Under the pieces are notes generated by a model. The model was not told the origin of the DNA, searched no databases, and saw only the letters and a list, made by a program, of their open reading frames with translations. Shown here piece after piece: positions 53,470 to 64,000 of a stretch of 64,000 bases of DNA. Origin of the DNA: Octopus sinensis (Eukaryota); the NCBI RefSeq assembly GCF_006345805.1, contig NC_042999.1, positions 169,446,001 to 169,510,000 on the forward strand. Direction: 5' to 3'. The position numbers were made by a program, and so were the translations under genes. How positions within the stretch are numbered: the stretch's first letter is position 1; every line of letters begins with the position of its first letter.

Positions 53470-53630
53470 CTACTTACCACACAGCCACCTCCATATATAT
53501 ATACATATAGATCTATATATATACATATATATGCATATAAATCTATATATATACATATACATCTACACATATATATATGTACACACACATATATATATAT
53601 TTATACACACATATATACATGCATACATAT

Positions 53631-53661
<31 letters not shown>

Positions 53662-53734
53662 CATACACACACATATATGTATATATATAAATATATGTAT
53701 ATATACATAAATATATATATATATATGTATCTTT

Positions 53735-53943
53735 CTCTTTCTCTTTTACTTGTTTCAGTCATTTGACTGTGGCCATGCTGGAGTACCGCCTTTAGTCAAG
53801 GAAATCAACCCCATGACTTATTCTTTGTAAGCCTTATTCTATCGGTCTCTTTTTGCCGAACCGCTACATTACAGGGACATAAACACACCAGCATCGGTTG
53901 TCAAGTAATATTTGTGGGGACAAACACAGACACACAAACTTAT

Positions 53944-53985
<42 letters not shown>

Positions 53986-54150
53986 GACAGGCTTCTTTCA
54001 GTTTCTACCAAATCCACTCACAAGGCTCTGGTTGGCCCAAGGCTATAGTAGAAGATACTTGCCCAAGGTGCCATGTAGTGGGACTGAACCCGGAACCATG
54101 TGGTTGGTAAGCAAGCTACTTACCACACAGTCGCTCCTTCACCTATATAC
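53735..54150 (-). mobile_element. SINE family A embedded in TA/CA microsatellite
   Basis: Full reverse copy flanked by (TA)-rich tracts at 53490-53730 and 54150-54350. Confidence 0.85.
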
Positions 54151-54752
54151 ATAAATATATACATATATATATACATACATATAAATCTGTATATATACAT
54201 ATACATCTATACATATGCATGTAAACATATACATCTATACATATACATGTATATATATGCATATATATACATACATATATATGTGCAGATATATATATAT
54301 ACACATGTATACATGCATGTGTGTGTGTGTGCATGTATATATGTGAGATATTAAACTGAAAGTATTGTCTCACATTCCAATAGATGTTATTGTTTCACTT
54401 TTGACACATAATACTGAAATAGTGTATGAGATAAGAGATTGCTTCAGGCTCGCATGAGGCAAGGTGAAACTTTTTGGCCCATTACACTGCATGGACCCTA
54501 AGTAAGGCATGTGTAAAATTTGAATGAAATCAGTTGGGTAGTTCTTGAGTTTTGGTGATGCACACATACAGATAGACACACATTCTCAGTGTTATGTTTA
54601 TAGATAAGGCCTAGAGCTCCTACTTTTGTCTTCCCTGATTCTTTAGACAACAAATGATGGCAGATTTACTGCTGTTGGTTTGGCTGCTGTTGCTGTGGCA
54701 TTAAATATAAGAGTGTGGTTGTTGTGTCTACTAATACAGGTTGTGTGATTGG

Positions 54753-54799
<47 letters not shown>

Positions 54800-54800
<1 letters not shown>

Positions 54801-55050
54801 GAGTGAGAGAGCAGTTCATGCCATCAAAGTGACACTGGGGTAAAATATACGAAGCCCAGTATACCCATCATGACTACCCGTCTGATAAGGGTACACCAGG
54901 CACATGCATCACAACCATATGTGCGCAACATGGTGATCTCATATCAAGATAAACAGCACATGACCTTGCAGGTGGGGCCCAGTTAGAATTTTCTTCAGGT
55001 TGAGTAGCCCATCCCGCTCAAAAGGTCCCTGAATAAGGGTCGTTTAAGGA
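54800..55050 (+). mobile_element. SINE-like repeat 3' part after (TTA)n; inverted homolog at ~28480-28735
   Basis: gccatcaaagtgacactgggg...cccatcatgactac...gggtacaccaggcacatgcatcacaacc matches the 28.5-28.7 kb region in reverse. Confidence 0.65.
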
Positions 55051-55817
55051 TATTATTATCATTTGGCAATTTCATTTTCATTACACTCCCAAGTCTAGGT
55101 CTGTTTGTGTGCATTTGCTTCTTTGTTTGTTTTTTGTGTGTGTTTTGGTTTTGTGCTTTGTATTCTATGTAACATTTGTACAGTGCCAAAGTAGTGCCAT
55201 TGTTTGTATCTTGTGCATATTTGTAAGCTCTTAGCTTTGGTCATGTATTTGTCTGCATGTTTTTTGACCGTTCCCAAGATACTTAAATTATTTCTGTTTC
55301 CAGTCCTCACTTTCAGGTTATCTCTGTTTATAAATCTTTATATTTGGATAATTTTTCCATTCCTTTAAGAATCTGTTGAAAATGAAACTTTGACTATGAG
55401 GCACTTTTTACTTACTAATCCTCAACAACATTTCTTTGATTAGCCATCGCTAACGACACAATGAAATGTCTACAGCAGAGATGCTGAAGACGTTTCACTG
55501 TGTCTTTTGGTGAAATCCATAACTCTTGCTTACAACCATCATCTTTAGGACTAGTCTCAGAACTGAAACATATCAAACATTTCCAACACCCAGAAACCAC
55601 CCTGATTGTGTAGATTTGCTGCTGTTGTCAATGTCCCACACCAATGTTGTAGTTGTAAATAAAGAACTGCAAAATTTAGGTCTGTGTTTATTCAAAAGAA
55701 ACCCTTATCATCTCTGTAAATTGTTTGTAGGTGATGTGAAATAGCAAGTTTAATTTTACAGTAGTTGTTATTGTTCTTTTATATTTAACTTTGCTCATGT
55801 GTTATTCCTGTAAATAG

Positions 55818-55982
55818 TAAAACCACTCCACCAGCTGGCAGTGTTCGGACACTGAAAGCTGAAAAACGGCTGGTGCCACAGAAAATGTCTGATTCCAACA
55901 ATGTTGACACTTCTGGAGACAATTTAACTACAGATGAAAGAGCTCGTGAGGCAGAGAAACGAGCTGCATGGCGGAAAGCCAG
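55818..55982 (+). CDS. scrib: scribble homolog exon KTTPPAGSVRTLKAEKRL...DERAREAEKRAAWRKA(R), phase 2 to 2
   Basis: aaatag acceptor, AG|gtacaa donor, 165 nt open. Strong match to Scribble VRTAKAERR...RALEAEKRALWRAARMKSLE (recalled). Confidence 0.93.
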
Positions 55983-56262
55983 GTACAATATAACGGCAGA
56001 TTTTATCTGCTGTCAACTTTCTTTTGTCCACTGATTTTTTTTTTTTTTTTTTTTTTGCTTTATCATTCTTTTAATTTAGTCTTTGTGACTGCTCCTTTTT
56101 TGATCTGCTTTTCTCTCACAATTGCTCCCTTACTGACATACGTGACTCAAGCGACTCTTCTTTTACTAATCCTTCTTATTCACTGAACAAACCCTTTACT
56201 GACATGTCTAGTTCACAGGACTGATCACTTGCTCACCTTTCTGATTTTGTGTGTATGAGTGT

Positions 56263-56491
56263 TTAACCCTTTAGCATTTAAACCGGCCGTATCCGGCCAA
56301 AAGTATTCTGCCTGTTTTATGTTCAAACTGGCCAGATCTGGTCTCTCACACCAACCCTACAATATCATTTTAAAAATTAACAGCTACCTCATCAAAATCT
56401 CATAGCTACAAGATAATGCCTGATTAGTTCGAGGTAATGTGGATAAAAAAGGATTAATTTTGGCAGAATAATGCGAACACTAAAGGGTTAA
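56263..56491. mobile_element. piggyBac-like MITE family 1, opposite orientation to the 24468 copy
   Basis: TTAA|ccctttag...ctaaaggg|TTAA. Confidence 0.85.
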
Positions 56492-56703
56492 ACTGGCCAT
56501 AATTATCTTATGTATGCACCTTCACACATAAATTTTCTCATACACACATGCTATTGGCTCTTTAGAAATATATTACCATATTTCATCTGCATAACCAATT
56601 CTAACCATGCATTAATCCAACCCTGCTTTATTACAGCTTGTAAATCTATCTGCTCTCTGTTTTGACCTTATTATAATACCCACCATATTAACACCCCTTG
56701 CAG

Positions 56704-56840
56704 AATGAAATCATTAGAAGCTGACACCCTGAAGGCAAAGGCTGTGATTGAGAGAGCTAATGAATTATCTCAAAATATTTTGAGTCAAGACCCAAAATAC
56801 AAAGTCAATCCACTTTCCACCATAGATATTGCATATGCTG
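56704..56840 (+). CDS. scrib: scribble homolog exon MKSLEADTLKAKAVIERANELSQ...IDIAYA, phase 2 to 1
   Basis: ccccttgcag acceptor and G|gtatgt donor. Completes the WRKAR-MKSLEAD motif across the junction. Confidence 0.92.
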
Positions 56841-57076
56841 GTATGTAATTGCCTTCATATTAACTGGCATTTTCATTTCTTTGGCTTTTTAAAAAATTGT
56901 TTATATTTTAACTTTATCTGCATGTAAATAATGTTATACTAGACCAGTGAGTCTCAGACTTTTTTTTTTTTTTGCCAGTGGTACTCTAAAATGTAGATAA
57001 AAATGTTATAGCATATTTGATGCCAAAATTAAAAATTACCTTTAAAATGTCATCTTAAAATTGTGGCATAAAATTC

Positions 57077-57550
57077 AGCATCATCATTGTTTAACGTCCG
57101 TTTTCCGCGCTAGCACGGGTTGGACGGTTCGACTGGGGTCTGGGAAGCCAGGGGCTGCACCAGGCTCCAGTCTGATCTGGCAGAGTTTCTACAGCTGGAT
57201 GCCCTTCCTAACGCCAACCACTCCGCGAGTGTAGTGGGTGCTTTTTACGTGCCACCTGCACAGGTGCCAGGGGGTTCCGGCATCGGCCACGATCGGTTGG
57301 AGCTTTTAACGTGCCACCGGCACGAAAGCCAGCCAAGACGGCGCTGGCAACGGCCACGTTCAGATGGTGCTTTTTATGTGCCACCGGCACAGAAGTCAGT
57401 CGGGGCGGCGCTGGCATCGGCCACGTTCGGATGGTGCTTTTTATGTGCTACCGGCACAGAAGTCAGTCGGGGCGGCGCTGGCATCGGCCACGTTCGGATG
57501 GTGCTTTTTATGTGCTACCGGCACAGAAGCCAGTCGAGGCGGCGCTGGCA
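57077..57550 (-). mobile_element. RTE-tailed SINE-like copy with an expanded ~60-nt tandem array
   Basis: Body plus about five gtgccaccggcac...ggccacgttcggatggtgctttttat units. Confidence 0.85.
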
Positions 57551-57920
57551 ATTATAGTGTTAAAAGAAACAGTTATGAATGTACTCTATTGTAGTATCTA
57601 CAGATGTAGGTTGATTAATAGGAAACCTTTTCCTGATGTTTTTGTGCTATTGCTTCAACGTTTGGACATACGTGTGATAAGCATCCCCTTATTTCTTCAT
57701 CAATGCAGTGGAGCCTCTCTCCCTTCTCATTCTTGGTGTTATTTAGTGTTGAAAATCCTAATTCACACAAATAAGAAGTTGGAAATTGTAAGCAAAACTA
57801 ATAAGGCTTTGTCAGCTACTGTGAGGTATTCCTTTTGAATTCAAATCCAAAATGTATTAATAAGTATCTCCAAGTGCTTTATTTTAAACTTGCAAAATGG
57901 TTTCCAGTTCCTCTTTTCAG

Positions 57921-57947
57921 TACTTAGTCAGCCTTTATCAAGGGCTG
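57921..57947 (+). CDS. scrib: candidate 27-nt microexon (VLSQPLSRA), phase 1 to 1
   Basis: tttccagttcctcttttcag|TACTTAGTCAGCCTTTATCAAGGGCTG|gtacgc. In frame with the flanking exons. Confidence 0.5.
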
Positions 57948-59679
57948 GTACGCAGTCTCATTCCTAATTGAAGTTAGCTGCTTCGGCTTTCCAACTAGAT
58001 CTATGCACTATTTCCTGCAGAAGTTGTCTTGAACCATGACAACTGAAGAATGTCATCAAGGAAATGGGCATGGCAGCTGAAACTAGCTCTCAAGATGGCT
58101 ATGGTTGATAAGTGACTGCAGATGGAACCCTTCAGTAAATGAAGACTAGCTCAGCCCTCGCTACCCCACTCAGGCAAAGCTGACAAGCTAAGGGGCAAAA
58201 CACTTGTAACCCTGAAATACTTGCTGACAATACAGAAGCTTTCATCATTGCAATCAATTTAGAAGAGCTTGCAAAACCTCTGAATATCTCCTGCAGTTTC
58301 TGCATGGGGCAAAGCATGTTTATTTCACCTATGTAGAGATTTCAAATATTGTATTTTACTGTGTTCGATGAGGGAAACTTTTTTTTTTCCTTTCAGCATT
58401 GTCAGCTGATTAACTACAATAGGGGTCATTTCTTTAATGCCGTTTATATGCATTAAAGGAAACACTAAACTTACCCAATTTTGCTCTGTTTTCCTAAATT
58501 AAAATTTTCTTTTTGAAAGCAACCAGAATTGTTTCATTTTTACCTTGCATATTGCTGTTTACAACATTAAGCTGAGTAAATATATAACAAACATTGAAGA
58601 TGTTTACAGCCTTTCATGTTTCTCTATCAAAAAATGCTATTAATTCTTTTTGTAGTTCATGAATGAAAGTGAGCATTTTGCCTTTAGAAAGCTAAGTGAC
58701 TTCTTTCTGGATGCAGAAGTAATCAAAAAGTGCTGAGAGTCCATTTCTTTGAATAGCTGTTCTTCACTTTAACAGTCTACTTTTAATATAACTAATGATT
58801 CCAACTATGATTTAACACTAACTTGAACTCTTCTTGAAATATTTTTGAAGCTAGAAACTCTGTATGTAAAAAAAACAATGAGTACAAAGAAGAATTGGAT
58901 TTTTTTTTCTATGAGTGATACAAAAACTTTCAACAGAGCCTGTTCTATATAATGCACCATCAGTACCAGTACCAATATATGATTTCTAAGTTAAATTCAT
59001 TTATTTCAAGATAACCAATTAAAATATCCCAAATAGCTTGACCTCATGTAGTTATTGGCATTTCTTTACTACATAAATACTGATTGATTATCTCATCACC
59101 ATTAATAAAGCACTATTACCTGTGGATTCATCAGGTATTAATGCAAATTTAACTTCCTGAAATTTTTCTGGATATTTTTATCTTCAGATAAATCTAAAAT
59201 TCTCATATGTATCATATCATCTGAAAGTGGAATATTGTTAATATCTTCATCTTTTTCTTCCAACATGGTTTTAACAATCTGTTTACAAACTAGCGGTTGA
59301 AGTTATTTGACCCTTTTCCGGCAGTTATTTTCTCAAATATTTTATATCGCTTTGAGTCTTTGAAAGAATTAAGATCTCTATCCTGTAGATGCAAATGCTT
59401 AGTAGTAAAATTTCTTTTTAATTTACTTGATACTATTGGTTCATTGTACATTTTTTCACCTCAAACTATACATAATGGGCTTGGTTGATCAATTGTTAAA
59501 ATTTACAGAAAAACAAAAGATGAAGACAGGTGTATAAACAACAAGCAGATGTATTAGTTTGACACTCAGTAAAGTGAGAAAGTCTTCTACATTTCAAGCC
59601 TTCACTCTTCAGCAGAAAGGGACACGATGAAATAAACAGAGAGAGAGAGAGAATAAAAAAAACTTGTGGATTTAGCGAT

Positions 59680-60170
59680 CAATCAAGATGACTGGTTGGG
59701 AAAAGGTAGTTAGACAGGAGAGCTAGGAAGAAGGGGAGATAATAAAGTACTGGTGATCCCAAAACAAAGGTGTATGTGTATGTGAGAGTGTGTGCATGTG
59801 GATAGGGGCTAGTGACTTTGACGTGTGGATGTATGGGTGTGCGGATGATGGCATGTGGGTGTGCAGATGATGGTGTGGGGTGTGGGTGCTGGGAAGTGGC
59901 CAGTGCTAGTGTGTGTAGAGTAATGTGGAGTGTTGGGATTTGATGTGTGGTGTGGTGTGTCTGTGGGGATGTCAGTGTGGGATGTGGGTTTGAGGTGAGT
60001 ATGTGGGTGTGGATGGAGGGGGTATGAATGAAGGGAGAAGGTGAGTAAGTGGGAAGAGAGGAAGTAGGTTTCAGAGTAAAAGAGGAGAGGAGAGGTGGGT
60101 AGGAGTGAAGAAAGGAGGTAGGTGTCAGATGAAGAGAGGAGAGGAAAGTTGAGCTCGTGTGGTGCAAAAG
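59680..60170. repeat. GT/GA-rich low-complexity tract
   Basis: Strand-asymmetric G-rich degenerate (TG)n/(GA)n. Confidence 0.7.
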
Positions 60171-61761
60171 AGCAAAAAGAGAAGATTAATTCCTGTTCAA
60201 GGCAATGGTGAACTTTTGCCCTTTTGTAGTATTTTTTGACAAGTGTTTACCTCTAGACTGTCATCTGTCATTTCTTCCCTTAATAAATGTTTGGCACTGG
60301 ATAAACGATTTTCACTTCACCTCACCCGAAAAGAATTCTGGTGTGAAACTGATCCAAAAGATAAAAAGCGCATTGTTTTAACTAATTTTTTATGGGAACA
60401 AACTGAATGTCATGATTAGCTGCAGTAATTATTCACTTGTTTCATTCATTGCCATATATGAAATATAACTTAGCTCAAACTTCTGTTTTTAAAGAGTTGT
60501 TTGTAAGTATATGGATTACATTTGTTCTGAACAAAACAAAATGAAAAATAGGCATGCACCAATGATATTCCTCAGATCTTATAACAAAGTGAAAGTGGAT
60601 GTAGTTCTTGTTTTCTTATGTAATATAGAAGTCAAAATTCAGCAGAAATTGTGCAGCCTTGTGGCCCCTTATTTTAAACTTATGTCTGCTACATTATCAT
60701 TTGTATGTAGCCTAAATTGAGATTTTAGACCCTGTTTTCTTTATTTCCATAATTTTTTAGCTGTACAATGAAATTGTTTTGTGATTATACTATATTTCTA
60801 GTTGAAAGCCACTGTATTTGGTTTGTCTCTTACTACTGAATTGAGTTAGGTTTTTGGAATTATCTTGAAAGTGACCCAATCTGTTTTCTATTGATTTTAG
60901 TTTCTTTTACACAAATACTCTAGATTTGTTGCCACTATATGTAGTGCAACTTAGTTTCGTTGTCTATAATAACTCTAACAATTACAAAACTAGATTAGAA
61001 CTCTTCCAAACTAAAAAGTAAAACTTATAGTCAAAAATCAAATAATTGTTGTTATGTGTAGTTTGGGTTCTAATGGGAAAGACAACCAAATGAAAGCCAT
61101 TGTTATTGTTACGTGTTTATTGACTGCTCATGTTACACGGACTCGACATTCAGCGTAGTGATACATAATATACTTTACACACAGTTTGTACTATTCACTA
61201 ACAAAATAGTGCCGAGAGTGGAGATGTAGTTTGGCATACGTAAACACATAGATATGAATGTGTAACAGTTGTGTAAAGCAAAATTTTAGTAAAAGGAGAC
61301 ATGGCTGATCAAAGGAAATATGGTGGAGAACAATAACAAAAGATCTTAAAAGTAGAGGGTTAACAATGGAACAAGCTGTCAAGGACACTTTCAGTGGAAT
61401 GATCTTACTATCACCTGAAGTGTCATGAGGCACAATGAGATCTGAATGAATGGATAGCAAATATGACAACTTTTCTACAGAAAGAAATTTGGGGCTGAGT
61501 ATTATGGCTCGGCAAAGTCACTTGAAATCTTGTTAACGAGAATGCATGACTGCAATTTGAGGTAAGTGATAGATTGTAAGTTCTGCATTGGATGAAGAAT
61601 GGTTATTTTGCATGATTCAACTAAAACATCATAGTTCTTGCACATAACTTATAAATTACTCATTATCATCACCATCACAATTGTCACCAAAAATCTTTTA
61701 TGCTTTATTGCTCTAAAACATTTAGTAGCCACTGAGATGTATTTGTGTGTTTCTATTATAG

Positions 61762-61817
61762 ATGCTGATTCTTCAGAAGAGTCTAGCAGTACTCAGAATG
61801 GTGATGGTAAACACATG
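61762..61817 (+). CDS. scrib: probable scribble exon (D)ADSSEESSSTQNGDGKHM, phase 1 to 0
   Basis: ttctattatag acceptor and ATG|gtgagc donor. The phases link the 56704 exon to the 63352 exon. The sequence itself is low-complexity, so support is structural. Confidence 0.7.
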
Positions 61818-63351
61818 GTGAGCCAAAATTTATTTTTCATCTTCCTGCTGAGTGTGATGACATTGAGAAGTTCATCATATCTACTTTGTTCATAAACATG
61901 ATTAACAAATTAAGATTAATAAATTAACCACCACTTCCAGCTACTGTTGTATGTTTTCACACACTTCTAACTAAGTGCTTCTTAGTCAAAATTTTTAACA
62001 AACTACATCTCTTAACTTTTGTGGATTTCTAATTTTAGATCCTCTTCTAACTAATGCCACTATGTACTACACCTGCTTCAAATATTCTACATCACTAATA
62101 ATTCAAAGAACTTGTGTTCAGAAACAAGCAGGGATAGGCTTTTCATTCCTCAGCAGCACTACTGAAAGAAGAGATAGTTGGTATTACTAATATCTGACAA
62201 GCTTCCCATCCAACTAGAATTACTCTCCCTCAAAAGGATGAAGGTTTAAGCGAACTTTAAGTCTCTGCAGAAAGACTTAGAATTGAAAAAGACCTGCTTG
62301 TCACTTCATATCATTTAGAGGAAATTTTGCAACTTTGCCATTGATATTTTGGTCCTTTGCCTTGCCCAATTTGGAAGAGTGACCATACACACCTGCACAT
62401 ATATTCCCACACTTCTAAAACCAATTTCAATTTAAAATCTTGAAGCCTGTCATTGGCTTCCTTCACACACATCAGTGTTGTTTATTTGAAAAGTGGTGGT
62501 GAATTGTTGTTTAATTTGCTTTATTTTTATGTCATAAGGAAAGTTGTTTCCCTTATGATTATAACTAAAAAGAATTAAACTAATACTTTTTGCCTATTTT
62601 TGAATAAATGTGTGTATGATTTATAGTTCGGACAACAGAAAATAAATATCTTTTTGGTAAAGGACAAAATTCACAACTTACCTTTTACTCTTCAGAAAAT
62701 CTCTTAGGCTGGTTAATGTCTTCCACCTAACTAAGACTAACAGTAGCCATCAGCCCCTGTAAACCCCTGTGTATGATTAAAGGAGTAAGTTTGGTGATAA
62801 GTAACTTACAGCATTGTACTAGTTCCATCAATAACAATAAAAATTAGAAGTAATATTTATCACCACCCACACGTGGGCATTCTATTAGAACAGATGATAC
62901 TGCTATTTTCACCCCAGGAGAACACCGCCTCCAGCTGGTTATTGAATGCACTTTGCTCTCGATATATATTGCAACTGGGGATAGACCCTCCCCCCCCACT
63001 CCTACTATTCTAGCTCAAAGACCACCAGATCATCCTCCTAAGGTTGAAATCATGTGATCAGGTAGTCTCTGAGCTAGAATAGTAGGGGTTCTCTCCCCAC
63101 TTGTAATATATACTGAGTGTGAAGTGCAACCCACTTAAACCAATGTAAATATTCTGCAAAGCTTTCCGCTGTCCTATGTCCAGAAGTTTAGATAATACAA
63201 AGATCATCCTCCATACTACAAAAAGCTATAGTTTCATGGTGATCTTCCCTATTTTCTAATATGTTTTTGTTTTTGTTGTCAATAATATTTGTTTTCATGT
63301 CAAATCCTTAATTAACTTAAGTTGATAGTAAACTACTTTGTCCTTCTTCAG

Positions 63352-63561
63352 TCAACCACAGAATCTGAGACACTTATTCATCAAGTGCTACCCCGGGGTC
63401 AGTTATCTGTCCAAAAAGGGAAAGGAGACACTACTATACGCAGGTCAACCCACATGATTGATCAGAAAGTGTCAGAACTCACTGAAGAGGTTTTTGATGA
63501 AAATTTAGGGAAACCTGTCTTAAAAACATATAGAATTACTGAAAAAACATTAGAGCATGAG
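63352..63561 (+). CDS. scrib: probable scribble long-isoform C-terminal exon STTESETL...TEEVFDENLGKPVLKTYRITEKTLEHE, phase 0 to 0
   Basis: tccttcttcag acceptor, GAG|gtaggg donor, 210 nt open (ORF track 63322-63618). Resembles the tail of arthropod long Scribble isoforms (recalled, not verified). Confidence 0.72.
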
Positions 63562-64000
63562 GTAGGGTGCCACAGGGTTACACATGGTATAACAGTGCCA
63601 TGTGATGCCATGCAGTGACACGATTAGTTAACATTTTGGTTTTGGCTTTGGTTATTTTCATTATTTTGTTTTGGTTTTTGTTTCTTTGGAAAGAACTGTT
63701 GCTGTTTTCTGCTTTTACTCTCTGAAAACTGGTTGCTTCTATCTCATGACACTCTATTAATCATTTCATTATATTTAACTTCATTCAATAATAATTGGGG
63801 ATTCCTTTCTGAATCACATAAATTAGGACAAAGATGTATTTTGACACGAAGAAGCATAAATAAAAGAGAAATATTTAAACATACAGAACTATTAGCATAT
63901 TATATCCTTGAGCAAGGCACCTGATTTTATCTTGCTCCAATCTACTCAGAGTACCAACCAGGAGCTACAGCATCATATACATCTCTTCAGTGATCACTTA

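Noticed and set aside
55370-55400. Phase 1-2 mini exon (ESVENETLTM) as an alternative to exon 38204
   Set aside because: It would need a GC donor with very poor context (AG|gcactt).
57250-57550. Regular ~60-nt repeats resembling a CRISPR array (also the 45-bp units at 34775)
   Set aside because: Contiguous tandem units without unique spacers, in eukaryotic repeat context, with no cas genes.
59679-60167. 162-aa His/Pro/Thr-rich minus-strand ORF
   Set aside because: A translation of the GT/GA low-complexity tract.

Overview
This is AT-rich, microsatellite- and transposon-dense eukaryotic genomic DNA. The repeat families point to an Octopus (coleoid cephalopod) genome; that is my recognition of the repeats, not a database hit. 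The only host gene I can support is the 3' part of a scribble (scrib/LAP4) homolog on the + strand. Seven short GT-AG exons (25894-25990, 35143-35199, 38204-38291, 55818-55982, 56704-56840, 61762-61817, 63352-63561) join in compatible phases into one open frame carrying the Scribble C-terminal motifs SFIEKQKYFERE, KQFSYLSEHEV and VRTLKAEKR...EAEKRAAWRKARMKSLEAD. The LRR and PDZ exons lie upstream of the window, and the gene probably continues downstream. The introns hold decayed mariner, hAT, Helitron, piggyBac-like MITEs, Gypsy, CR1/L2-, RTE-, Tx1- and RLE-type LINEs, and several SINE families. The most interesting signals are: three frame-preserving candidate microexons (9, 12 and 27 nt) with upstream UGC motifs; two hammerhead-ribozyme-like motifs antisense to scrib between (TA)n arrays, one with a built-in 14-nt blocking inverted repeat; a ~265-bp-arm foldback palindrome; an 85-nt pre-miRNA-like hairpin; and a Tx1-like LINE inserted into the head of a SINE. 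There are no prokaryotic systems, CRISPR arrays, rRNA or intact tRNA genes. Repeat boundaries are approximate unless TSDs or termini are quoted.
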